A stretch of 64,000 nucleotides of DNA from Octopus sinensis (lineage: Eukaryota). This document shows positions 1 through 12,099 of this stretch, in pieces. The first letter of the stretch is position 1; each line of letters opens with the position of its first letter. The stretch covers positions 143,592,001 to 143,656,000 of the forward strand of contig NC_042997.1 of the NCBI RefSeq assembly GCF_006345805.1, in the 5' to 3' direction. The position numbers and the translations under genes are program-made. Below the pieces are notes generated by a model. That model was not told the origin of the DNA and did no database searches. It saw only the letters and a program-made list of their open reading frames with translations.

Positions 1-37
1 GAACATGTTAGGTGCATCAACTGTAACCTGTCTGTCC

Positions 38-159
<122 letters not shown>

Positions 160-319
160 TACTCCTTTACATTCTTTAGTCACTGAACTGTGGCCATGCT
201 GGGGAAACGCATGTTTTATGATTATATTTTAAGTCTGGTACTTATCGCAATCCATTTACCAACACGCTAACATACCAGGACCAACGCAAAAGTGCCATAT
301 TTCAATAGTTGTCTTATAT

Positions 320-395
320 ACACACATACATTCACACATTCACACAGACACAGACACACATTCACACAGACACACAGACACACACAGGCACACAC

Positions 396-460
<65 letters not shown>
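320..460. repeat. (CA)n microsatellite, imperfect 5' half
   Basis: Direct reading. Confidence 0.98.
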
Positions 461-467
<7 letters not shown>

Positions 468-480
468 GTATATATATCAC

Positions 481-690
481 TTCAGCCATGTAACCACACA
501 CGTGCTTTCCTTGGACTATTTTCGCTCTCCAGGCCTTTCCATTCTCCTCTTTTCTGACGAAGAGCCATGCTCGAAACATTATGCACCTACGCTTTTTTCC
601 ACCTTTATTCAGCGTCAAAATAATACACTCCATGTGTACATTCCTTTGACTTTTGTTTTGTTATTATTTCTTATTTTTAATTTCTAATTT
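481..690 (+). mobile_element. ~200-bp hammerhead-bearing non-autonomous element (PLE-derived/retrozyme-like), diverged copy 1
   Basis: CTGACGA-A-GAGC-cat-GCTC-GAAA at 554-576; similar layout to 1121-1310 and 7012-7220; microsatellite flanks. Confidence 0.55.
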
Positions 691-1074
691 CTCTTTCTGT
701 CTGTCTGTCTCTCTCTATATATATACATATGTGTATACACACACACATATTAAGATATATATGTGCGTGTGTGTGTGTATATATGTATATATATATATAT
801 ATAATATATAATATATATATATATTATATAATATATGTATGTATATGTACATGTATATATGCATATGTGTATCATATGTGTATATCTATAAAGATTTAAC
901 AATAGTAAAAGTATACAAATATGAATAATGTATGTATTCTTTAACTATTTTACTGGATTCACTTTATGGACAGTGGCCCTACTACAGCACAACTCGTGAA
1001 TGTACACATTCACATAGACATAATACATAGAAATATATGCGTATTTTTCTATTTATATATATATATAATATTAT

Positions 1075-1108
<34 letters not shown>

Positions 1109-1120
1109 GATATATATAAA

Positions 1121-1310
1121 TCGGCCATGATAGATCGGTAGCCACTACAAATTTTTTTCTCTCCTTGTTTCTTTCTGTGTTCCTTTATGTGGAAGAGCGT
1201 AGGCTCGAAACGTAAAAGACTTTTTCCATTCCTGAGCGTTATACTAATATATCTGTTTGTTTTCTACACCACTTGTCTTCGTCTTTGTTTTTTTCGTGAA
1301 TTCTCCCTAT
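1121..1310 (+). mobile_element. ~200-bp hammerhead-bearing element, copy 2 (core decayed)
   Basis: gaagagcgtaggctcgaaacgtaaaagac shared with 7012-7220; (TA)n on both sides. Confidence 0.7.
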
Positions 1311-1318
1311 ATATATAT

Positions 1319-1350
<32 letters not shown>

Positions 1351-1393
1351 ATATATATATATATCACAACTCGTGTTCCACATCTCCTTTTTT

Positions 1394-1427
<34 letters not shown>

Positions 1428-1478
1428 ATATGTATACACACAGGTGTGGTAATACAAACAGGAAAATGGAATTCAAAA

Positions 1479-1510
<32 letters not shown>

Positions 1511-1544
1511 ACACACATATATATATAAATTCTTTTATTCTTTT

Positions 1545-1762
1545 ATTCTTTTACTTTTTTCAGTCATTTGACTGCGGCCATGCTAGAGAACCGCCATTAG
1601 TCGAACAAATCGAGCCCAGGACTTATTCTTTGTAAGCCTTATACTTATTCTATCGATATCTATTTGCCAAACAGTTAAGTTACGGGGACGTGAACACACC
1701 AACATCGGTTGTGAAGCGATGGTGGTGGGGACAAACACAGACACACAAATACAAATATAATA

Positions 1763-1840
<78 letters not shown>

Positions 1841-1962
1841 GACGGGCTTCTTTCAGTTTCCGTCTACGAAATTCATTCACAAGGCTTTGGATAACCCGAG
1901 GCTATAGTTGAAGACACTTGCTAAAGTTGTCACGCAGTGGAACTAAACTCGGAATCATGTGA
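1545..1962 (-). mobile_element. tRNA-derived SINE, group A (CORE-like segment, internal microsatellite)
   Basis: Reverse complement of the ~420-bp repeat at 5801, 6250, 8646, 24345; a partial second copy follows at 1963-2110. Confidence 0.9.
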
Positions 1963-2261
1963 CGGGCTTCACTACAGTTTCCTTCACTTATAAGGCTTTG
2001 GTCAGCTTGGGGCTATAGTAGAGGACACTTCGTAAAGGTGTAGCGCAGTGGGACTGAATAAGAAACACGTGATTGCAAAGTGAGCTTCCTAACCACTCAG
2101 TTATGCTTACTCCTGCGAACAAGGCCTACAAATCTCTGTTTCAGAGATTGCATCACTCTTGTTTATATACTTAAATATCAACACTCAGACATATCCGCAT
2201 TTATATGAATACACACACGCACATATATACTATAACATGAAGTATATGAGATAAAAAAAAA

Positions 2262-2400
2262 GGCGGCGAATTAGTTGTAGTTAGAGCGTTGGATAGCATG
2301 CCTGGCGTTATTTTCTGACAAGCGATGCTCTGAGTTCAAATCCTACCGCGACCAACTTCGCCTTTTATTCTTTCGGGGTCCACTAAAACGTATCGAACTA
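2262..2400 (+). mobile_element. SINE group B, degraded
   Basis: ggcggcgaatt...ctgagttcaaatcc...cttcgccttttattctttcggggtc. Confidence 0.75.
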
Positions 2401-2898
2401 GAGCAATGGATACGTTGAACTATTAGAGGATCGGATGAGATACTATGTGGTATCTGCTCCGGTCTATTGCTTGTGACGACACATTAATCAAAGACGTTCC
2501 ATTTATAAGATGGTAGGGTATTATTTGGCTGTTATTGACCCAAACAGCAGTTTTACCCTTTATAAACATGTGGTATCGAATGGAGAGACTTGCATGTATG
2601 GGGAATTGCCGGTCTTTCTAAAAAAATCTTGTCCAGGCCTGATCATAAAATGACGGAGGCCCCCAATGAGACAAAGGGAGAGCACTCGATACAATGTGTA
2701 GTAAAATGGATACGGTTTACAAAATATCCAGGACTGTTAACGATATAAACGATAAATTTTTATGGCGCCCGAAATACACACATTGTCATTTAAGTATCTA
2801 CTTATGTATAAACTACGTGTGTGCATTTTGGTCTACTGAAAACTCTGGTGTTATCACGAGTAGTTCGAACAGAGATATTAGTCTTGGACACTATGTAA

Positions 2899-2943
2899 AT
2901 CACACACACACACACACACCTGCACACACACACATACACACAC

Positions 2944-2990
<47 letters not shown>
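2899..2990. repeat. (CA)n microsatellite
   Basis: Direct reading. Confidence 0.97.
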
Positions 2991-2992
<2 letters not shown>

Positions 2993-4219
2993 TGCACAAT
3001 GACATATACTCTTGCGCTTACATATATGTCTGCTGCGCGGGCATAAAAATCGCGAGTCGAAGAAATAGATGCCGTCGCTGTTGTTTTTATTTGGTCTTGA
3101 GTGAGCCCTAAAAGAGCAGAACTATGATCAAAGGAGTTCCATAAATGAACAAACCCATCATTTTATTTATCTTGGGCTGCACTTCCATTTTGTCAGTCGT
3201 TTTCTTTTCATTAATTTGGCTGTTATTTCTAGCAGACCTAGCGACCTCCCACATCAATGGCATCAAAGTCGCCCCCACATCAATGGCTCATTGAAGTAAT
3301 AGTGTTGAATGAAGGCAACTCGAGTAGACTAAACGACTGATTTATAATCAGGATGCGGTAATGTATTTAACACACAACAATTTCGGCCTGAAATAATCTA
3401 GAAGTAATTATATTATGGGAATGTCAAGGATATAAACGAGCTAACGTTTAATGTCCTCGGTTAGTGAAATGTTTGCAGAGGTGGAGATGAAGATTTCCAT
3501 AGAAACACATATTATTGATTCAACGATACAAACTTTTGCGCATTTGATTTATTAAGAGTTTATCATGTCGTCGCTAGATCGATGTCTTCTGTATTAGGAG
3601 CAGCATGCTTAAAAGTAAAATGGCTGTATGGTTAGTCACTTAGTGAGACATTAAATAACTGAATATATTTCGCTGAGCCGATCTAATAAGACGGAAACGT
3701 GTCCGGGGTTGCCAGTAGTTACTGAAATCATTAAAATAATTAACAGTCACTGAGATAATGATGTCTTTTCTTCTCCACATAAGTATTTCTAATTATATTT
3801 CTGATGTTAACACACTTTTTAAGTATGGTAACAGTTCATTTAGTCATCACGACAAAGACAATGTTGGGACACGCCTTTAATTACTTTATCTAATGTGAGC
3901 CAACGAGACAGCCTTTAAGTGTTTCGCATTGCTCGATCTGCTAGAAATAATCGCCAAATCTCGAGTCAACGTAGGACTTCTACGCAATTATTCGGTCTGC
4001 AATTGCAGTCAAAAGTTTTTCCAAACCTACTCAACTGTTGTCAAAAATAGTTAAAAATAGAGGATAAAAACTAGTAATACAAAACATTAACATAAACATG
4101 CCTACACTGCATCGATCTCACCAACCACATCGCAAAGTAACTCCTCCCTGCTTACAATACTCTCACAAATACCATAATTGAGGAAGATTTCAATATTCTG
4201 AACAAGAAAGTAACCTGAA

Positions 4220-4355
4220 ACATACATACATACATACATATATATATACATACATACATACATACATACATACATACATACATACATACATACATACATA
4301 CATACATACATACATACATACATACATACACACACACATACATACACACATACAT
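4220..4355. repeat. (TACA)n microsatellite
   Basis: Direct reading. Confidence 0.98.
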
Positions 4356-4428
4356 ATTAATGTAAATGTTTGCTTTTATGTTCAGTTAAGAACATTTTAT
4401 ATAAATCTTTTGTAGAGTACAAATATAT

Positions 4429-4544
4429 TATTCTTAAACAAGGATGTTGTTGTCAGTGACTTCGAAGTTTTGGCCGGCAGTCCGATGATGGCTTAGCTGA
4501 CCGGAACTTCTAAGTCACTATCAACAGCATTCTTGTTTAAGAAT
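4429..4544. mobile_element. Foldback (40-bp arms) containing a decayed hammerhead; probable PLE pLTR remnant
   Basis: Arms 4429-4468 and 4505-4544 (5 mismatches); agt-CCGATGA...GGAA-CTTCTAAG-TC-act at 4479-4519. Confidence 0.6.
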
Positions 4545-4561
4545 TATCTATATTTATATTT

Positions 4562-4712
<151 letters not shown>

Positions 4713-5308
4713 TATATGTATGTAGTATAATATAATAAAATGTAATAGAATATGCTTATAGATATTATTCATAATATAATATATAGATAATTGCAACCAG
4801 ACTCCCTTTATAGCCAAAGTAATCCACACCAACATACATACATATCTACTCTTCACATCTCGTTAACATTTCACTGCTTTTCTCTAATCACCTACCAATT
4901 ATCTTCACTACACAGTCGTACATTTATGAAAAATGCAAAAACTTTTTACAGATTTCATATATATTCATATTCAATGCTTTTCGAAATATACTTACACTTT
5001 ATTCTAATGACTCCGACGAAGCTATATTGTGTTGCATAAGGACTCAGTTCTCAGTGCACTGCATCTGGTAGAGGAAACAGCACTGTAAGCTAATGAAATT
5101 GTTTATGTGATTCCTACTTCCATGTCATTCATAACTTGATATTACGCTCTATACTCGCCTAACGCTTTACTCTAAAGTATTCTCATATTGAGTTCTAGCA
5201 ACTGGTTATTAGTAGAAGGCGAAATTTAAGGCGAAATCATATATCGTATCATATAGTATCATATCATATCATATCATATCATATTATATCATATATATAT
5301 ATATATAG

Positions 5309-5363
<55 letters not shown>

Positions 5364-5435
5364 GAATTAGGTATTTTAATTGAAGCGCCAAGCCAGTTCG
5401 GTACAGTCCGTGCAGCTCGAAGTTAGGTGAACAAA

Positions 5436-5741
5436 ATGCAAATAAGTAACAAGGATGTCTAGGTATCAATGCATTACGGCCGTTTCAAGTGGCTCCATTT
5501 AATTGATCTGCCACAAAAATAACATGAGAAAACAATGTAATTATTTTGGTTTCTAGTACTGATATAAAATTACTATAAATGCTAAAAATGGTTTATCTTT
5601 TATTTTAGAAATCTATATGGTCATCTGCTTGTGAGGAGGGCAGTTTCTTTCAAACTGATGTAATGTTTTCATTGATCGATAAAACTGAGCCGCTTGAAAC
5701 GGCCGTAATGCATTCGTACCTGGACATCCTTGTTACTTATT

Positions 5742-5746
<5 letters not shown>
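5436..5746. mobile_element. Foldback (60-bp arms) carrying the 3' half of a hammerhead; probable PLE pLTR remnant
   Basis: Arms 5436-5495 and 5688-5746; GAAA-CGGCCG-TA at 5696-5707; (TA)n flanks. Confidence 0.65.
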
Positions 5747-5800
<54 letters not shown>

Positions 5801-5803
<3 letters not shown>

Positions 5804-6219
5804 CGCAGGAGTGGCTGTGTGGTAAGTAGCTTGCTAACCAACCACACGGTTCCGGGTTCAGTCTCACTGCATGGCATCTTGGGCAAGTGTCTTCTGCTAT
5901 AGCTCCGGGCCGACCAATGCCTTGTGAGTGGATTTGGTAGATGGAAACTGAAAGAAGCCTGTCGTATATATGTATGTATATGTATATATGTGTGTATGTG
6001 TTTGTGTGTCTGTGTTTGTCCCCCTAGCATTGCTTGACACATCAATGCTGGTGTGTTTACGTCCCCGTCACTTAGCGGTTCGGCAAAAGAGACCGATCGA
6101 ATAAGTACTGGGCTTACAGAGAATAAGTCCCGGGGTCGATTTGCTCGACTAAAGGCGGTGCTCCAGCATGGCCGGAGTCAAATGACTGAAACAAGTAAAA
6201 GAGTAAAAGAGTAAAAAGA

Positions 6220-6220
<1 letters not shown>
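5801..6220 (+). mobile_element. SINE group A, full length
   Basis: A-box tggctgtgtgg, B-box-like ggttcagtctc, CORE-like ccttgggcaagtgtctt, (GTAAAAGA)n tail. Confidence 0.95.
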
Positions 6221-6249
<29 letters not shown>

Positions 6250-6252
<3 letters not shown>

Positions 6253-6437
6253 CGCAAGAGTGGCTGTGTGGTAAGTAGCTTGCTTACCAACCACATGGTT
6301 ACGGGTTCAGTCCCACTGCGTGGTATCTTGGGCAAGTGTCTTCTACTATAGGCTCGGGCCGACCAAAGCCTTGTGAGTGGATTTGGTAGACGGAAACTGA
6401 AAGAAGCCCGTCGTATATATGTATATATATATATATA

Positions 6438-6472
<35 letters not shown>

Positions 6473-6717
6473 AACATACACACACACACACATATATATA
6501 TATATGTATGTTTATGTGTCTGTGTTTGACCCCCTAGCATTGCTTGATAACCGATGCTGGTGTGTTTATGTCGCCGTCACTTAGCGGTTCGGCAAAAGAG
6601 ACCGATAAAATAAGTACTGGGCTTACAAAGAATAAGTCCTGGGGTCGATTTGCTCGACTAAAGGCGGTGCTCCAGCATGGCCGCAGTCAAATGACTGAAA
6701 CAGGTAAAAGGGAGATA

Positions 6718-6718
<1 letters not shown>
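6250..6718 (+). mobile_element. SINE group A, full length
   Basis: Same consensus; internal TA/CA tract. Confidence 0.95.
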
Positions 6719-6719
<1 letters not shown>

Positions 6720-6757
<38 letters not shown>

Positions 6758-6910
6758 CATTTCATATATATACATATATATATATATTTCTATGCATGTA
6801 TATATATGTAAATATATATATATATAATATATATATTAAATGTATATGTAGTATATATGTATATGTATGTATATGTATATGTGTGTATGTATATATACAT
6901 ATGATATATA

Positions 6911-6986
<76 letters not shown>

Positions 6987-7010
6987 TTATACATATGTAT
7001 ATATACATAT
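6720..7010. repeat. Degenerate (TA)n tract
   Basis: Direct reading. Confidence 0.97.
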
Positions 7011-7011
7011 A

Positions 7012-7219
7012 TCGCCATGTTGATTCGTTAGCTACTGCACGCATTTTTTCTCTCCTTCTTTCTGTGTTTTTTTTCTCTCTGTGTATCTTTCTGTTGAAGA
7101 GCGTAGGCTCGAAACGTTAAAGACTTTTTTTATTTATATTTCCTGAGCGCCATACTAATACAATTGTTCGTTTGTTTTCCACCTGCCTTCGTTTTTGTTT
7201 ATTTTCATAAAGCTTCCCG

Positions 7220-7220
<1 letters not shown>
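7012..7220 (+). mobile_element. ~200-bp hammerhead-bearing element, copy 3
   Basis: tcttt-CTGTTGA-A-GAGC-gtag-GCTC-GAAA-CG-TT-aaaga at 7086-7123; (TA)n on both sides. Confidence 0.75.
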
Positions 7221-7272
<52 letters not shown>

Positions 7273-7834
7273 ATATATACCATGGAAGAAGTTCCACCAG
7301 AAAGCAAAAATTTTGTCAGAATCCATGATATCATAGTCATTAATAGTGGCACTACTACAGTAAATACGTTCAACAAAGTAACTATCGAGTCTTCTAAGAA
7401 ACATACTCAAGACACATAAACAACACGACCGAATTATACTCTTAGAACAGTAAACCTGTAACACACATTAAAATCATTCACAACCGATTTAGAACGAAGT
7501 ACCAGATTGCTACGTAAACAAATTTAAATAAAGAAAACTGGCAATCATTTGTATCCCACGTAAATCTTAAACCTAACAAAGAATTAATTGTAATCATTAT
7601 CATTGCAATCATTATCATGAACATCTCCTACATGAACAGTCACAAGTTCGCCATAATAACCTCAAATTATATAGCCACATATCGAAAATCAATAAGGATA
7701 TTTTTAAAATTCAAAATCTTCAAGGCCAGACAAAATCAAAAACGTATATCTAAATCAAAACAAAAAAACCCAAACCTTAGAATTTGAAGGAATTACTACA
7801 CTGAATAACATCTACCATTACTAATATTAGTTTC

Positions 7835-8005
7835 AAATTTTGGCACAAGGTCAGCATTACTCAACTGGTACTGATTTTATCGATAGCGAAAGGATGAAAG
7901 GCAAAGTCGACCTTGGCGAAATTTGAACTGCAAATGTAAAGACGGACGGATTGCCATTAAGCATTTTGTCCGGCGTACAAACGATTCTGCCAGCTCGCCA
8001 CCTTA
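7835..8005 (-). mobile_element. SINE group B
   Basis: gaaaggatgaaaggcaaagtcgacc...gaatttgaac. Confidence 0.85.
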
Positions 8006-8251
8006 CAATATCAACACTTTTGAGAAAAATTATAACAATTTTAAACCCAAGGAAAACTGAAGGGATATCATACAGATACATCACCTTCCTACGCAATCCC
8101 CAAATGTAGATATAGCTAATCCTTGGCATCACTAACCTATATGTTCTCTTCTCCAAATTACAAATCTGACCCAGGCCCTTACGATCAACATTTACGAGAC
8201 CATCAAAACCAACTGAAAATACATAATGGCAACAATAAAAATAACCTTTCA

Positions 8252-8450
8252 TACGACGGGGTACTGAAAAGTTCCTGGCTTTAAGGGTATCGCGAAGGGC
8301 TTGGCTGGAGACCCAACCTTCCGAGTTCTGACAGATCACTGCAATAAGTGTGTGAATCTTACGGTGGACTATATTGAACGAAATCATGATTAACGATTCT
8401 ACTCTATTTTCTTTTACCCAAAGTCAAGAACTTTTCAGGACCCTCTCGTA
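8252..8450. mobile_element. Mariner-derived MITE (~200 bp)
   Basis: TA-CGACGGGGTACTGAAAAGTTC...GAACTTTTCAGGACCCTCTCG-TA: imperfect TIRs and TA TSD; related copy at 22866. Confidence 0.85.
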
Positions 8451-8645
8451 CATAATATTTTAAATGCCATCATTGTAAGCAAAACTTTCGACTGCATTCC
8501 CCGGAATCTATTCATAAAAAAAAATTTCAATATGACAGTATAAATGCTAATAGGAAGCTACCTGTGTATATGAGACAACACTTTCAGAATATGCAGTTAA
8601 TGAAGTGCCGCAAGGATCTATCCTTTCCCCCAGTCTTTTCAGTCT

Positions 8646-9035
8646 TGTGTGGTAAGTAGCTTGCTTACCAACCACATGGTTCCCAGGTTCAGTCCCACTG
8701 CGTGGCACCTTGGGTAGGTGTCTTCTACTATAGCCTCAGGCCGACCAAAGTCTTGTAAGTGGATTTAATAGACGGAAACTGAAATAAACACGTCGTATAT
8801 ATGTATATATATGTATGTGTGTGTGTGTATATGTTTATGTATGCTTGCCCCCCCCCCAACATCACTTGACAACCAATGGTGGTGTGTTTACGTCCCCGTG
8901 ACCTAGCGGTTCGGCAAAAGGGTCCGATAGAATAAGTACTAGGCTTACAAAAAATAAATCTTGGGGTCGATTTGCTCGACTAAAAGCGGTGCTCCAGCAT
9001 GGCCACAGACAAATGACTGAAACAAGTAAAAGAAT
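8646..9035 (+). mobile_element. SINE group A
   Basis: Consensus match; interrupts the old LINE RT between QG and YVDD motifs. Confidence 0.93.
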
Positions 9036-11479
9036 AATCCCCGACACATTTCCAGAAAAGATGCAGCCCCCGTATGTAGATGATGTTACACGCACGTCCT
9101 TTCACCAATTTCCAGACACTACTTCACAACTACTCCAACCCTATTTAAATCATCTAGAAACTCGACTCCACAGCAACAGATTTAAAGTAGCACCTGCTAA
9201 GTCCACCGTGTTTCTTCTTGAAAGCAGCACAATGAAATTTAACCAGTCCTTATACTCAGTAATACCTTTCACAACATTTTGACAATTCCCCCATCTAATT
9301 CATTTGATAATATTGGTACAAAGGATACTCAATTATATCGACTCCAGTAGTTGACTGGTACTTTAATTCATTGATCTCAAAAGGATTGAAAGACAAAGTT
9401 GTTAATCGAACGTAAAGTACTGCTATTTAAATTCCACAAGGCATCTTGTCCGACGCGTTATCGTTCCTCTCACTCCACCGCTCTCATTCGTTTGATAATA
9501 TTGATTTCTTTTCAGTTGACTGATATAAAACTGTCCGCTGGGTTAAGATAATAAGATTTAGTTGTACTAATAAACAGATTAAATTCTAATATGAAGCAAG
9601 CAGATATTATTGCTGATATGGTATCATCTCTGGCGTGTGAGTAGCTGTGTGACGTGCGGTTTTAAAGGAATAGAATTTGATGGAGAAAGACCAATTCTTT
9701 GCTAGAGTTTTAACAACACAGATAATGTCTTTCCTGTATAATGTCATTGAGAAAATTACGCGCGAAGTTTGAATGACCTTTTGGATGACCCTTGAAAGTT
9801 TACATTTCGATTGGTTCGAAACTGATCGATGAATACGCTGTGAGATGTAATAGCGTATAAACCAATAAACTAGTTTCAAGTAATTTCTCAAAGAAGAATA
9901 GACGGATATAATTAGCTTAATCTAGTTTAATCTAGCATCTCGGTGAGATGTTGTACGTTTTATTGCTATATTACAAAGAGAGAACCAGCCAAGGCTATTT
10001 TGCACTTTTACGCTTCAGACTGAAGAGGGGTTCAACATCAAAGAATTGTTATTCAAAACGATATGCCCAATATGTTTGCTGTTAATTTACAGAAAGAGTT
10101 TGAACTAGTTATCCAATAAAATACCAGAAGATATCGTGCAAAGCTCATCTGAGTGATATCTTGCATGATATATCTAGACTGTTACACTATATACATAATC
10201 TAAAGTAACTTGGATTAATTTTCTCAGTAAAACAACAAATAAAATTGCACAATATTATTATTTGAAAATCTACGCAGTTGACAATAATTCGTCTTAATAC
10301 CACATAGTATTGCTAAAATATTAAAGTATATTTTTTAGGGGTGAGAGTGTCCTGATTTATTGTACATTAGGGAGGAAACAAAGTGACCTTCTCAAAACAT
10401 TTCTAACAAAGACGCAGTAAAATGGCTACGTTTGGAAAGGAAATTGCGTCAAAAACGTTCGTTATAATTTGCCGAAAATAGGCTTTCATTTAATTAGACT
10501 GTTTATCTCTGGAGCTGTTGCTTATAATTGAAACTAAATCGATATTGATAACAGTTTATTTATCAGTCAATTGCATGACGCGTTTAAGGGTTTAAAACTA
10601 CTAAGAAACAGCAATCGATATTTTGATTGGTTGTTTGGTAAATAAGAGAAACTTTGCCTTTGTTTCACTCAATAATTGCTTGTCCAACTTTTCTAATTAG
10701 CTCTAATTGAGGTATTGTGGATGTAAGAAATTCAGTTTGGTCCAATTAATTAAAAGTTTCATTTCCTTAGAGTGGGAATTAGAAGAAAAGAAGAGGAAAT
10801 AAATAGACAATATCAGATAATGGCATTGTATGTTATGGGTGAACCCGTTCGGCTGAAAATGATAAAAGACAAAAAAAGAAGCAAACTGGGGATTGATTTA
10901 AAAATTGAATTAATTTTCACAATCTATCGAATAGTAAAAACAATTTTCTGTGAACGAAAATATCTGCAGTGAAAACGTTCTCCTGAGAAGTGGGAATAAC
11001 TGAGAGGACGTTGTAAACTGTACAATTAGGCTGAGTTAATCAGCTGCACTTGAGATTTGTCAGTTCGATTTCAATAAATAAAGGAATATTTTAATGTTAC
11101 TAGAATTTGAGGTCATTATTTTCTTCAATATTGCTTATCAACTGTGAGTATTATATATAAAAAAAGTTCCTTTATGCATCACTAGTTTATAAAGATTGAA
11201 ATTAAATGCGGAACGGGAATTCAAAATGTTGCATTTCGCTTATAATGACTTCTCATTTCATATTAAGTTTAACATCGATAAAGCAGTGAGAGCTTCTCAA
11301 ACTTTTGAAACTTTTCTCACTATCACCGCCCCCAAACTTTCTTTTACTAACACTTTTTTTTATCCCCACCGTGGTCAGATTCAACAAAGTTAAATTCACC
11401 ACAGAAACTTACAGCCGACAAGGCTACTTTGCACAAAGGTTATTTAATTAATGTCATGGAATATCAAAACAATATTTCG

Positions 11480-11935
11480 ACCACTAAAACTGGTTTCAAA
11501 TCTTGATACAAAGTCAGCAATTCCGGGAGAAGGTGTAAGTCGATTACACCGACACCGGTGATCCACTGATACCTATTTAATCAACCCCCGAAAGGATGAA
11601 AGGCAAAGTCGCCCTCGGTGGAATTTGTACTCAGAAAGTAAAGACGGACGAAATGCCGCTAAGCATTTGACCCGTATGCAAACGATTCTGTCTGTTTGCT
11701 GCCTAACTTTTAGACCACTAATACTGATTACAAATTTTGGTACAAGGCCAGCAATTTCGGGGGAGAGGGTAAATCTGTAACATCGACTCCAGTACTCAAC
11801 TGGTACTTATTTTATCGACCCCGAAAGGGTGAAGGGCAAAGTCAACCTCGGCGGAATTTGAACTGAGAACGTAAAGACGGACGAAATGCTGCTAAGCTAT
11901 TCGACCGGCTTTGCTAACGATTCCGGTCACTCTCC
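11480..11935 (-). mobile_element. Two tandem SINE group B copies
   Basis: Two consecutive ~215-bp reverse-strand matches. Confidence 0.88.
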
Positions 11936-11964
11936 GCGTTATTTCGACTACTAATATTAAGGCA

Positions 11965-12099
11965 TGGTGTAAAGTTGCGAGCTGGCAGAATCAGCACGTC
12001 GGATGAAATGCTTAGTGGCATTTCTTCCGTATTTACGTCCTGAGTTCAAATTCCACTGAGGTCGACTTTGCCTTTCATCCTTTTCGGGGTCGATAAAAT
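11965..12099 (+). mobile_element. SINE group B, 5' part (split by MULE; 3' part at 14050-14150)
   Basis: Ends ...ggggtCGATAAAAT and resumes CGATAAAATaagc... at 14050. Confidence 0.85.

Noticed and set aside
10010-10050. CTGAAGAGGGG hammerhead-like start
   Set aside because: No downstream GAAA, stem III or cleavage triplet
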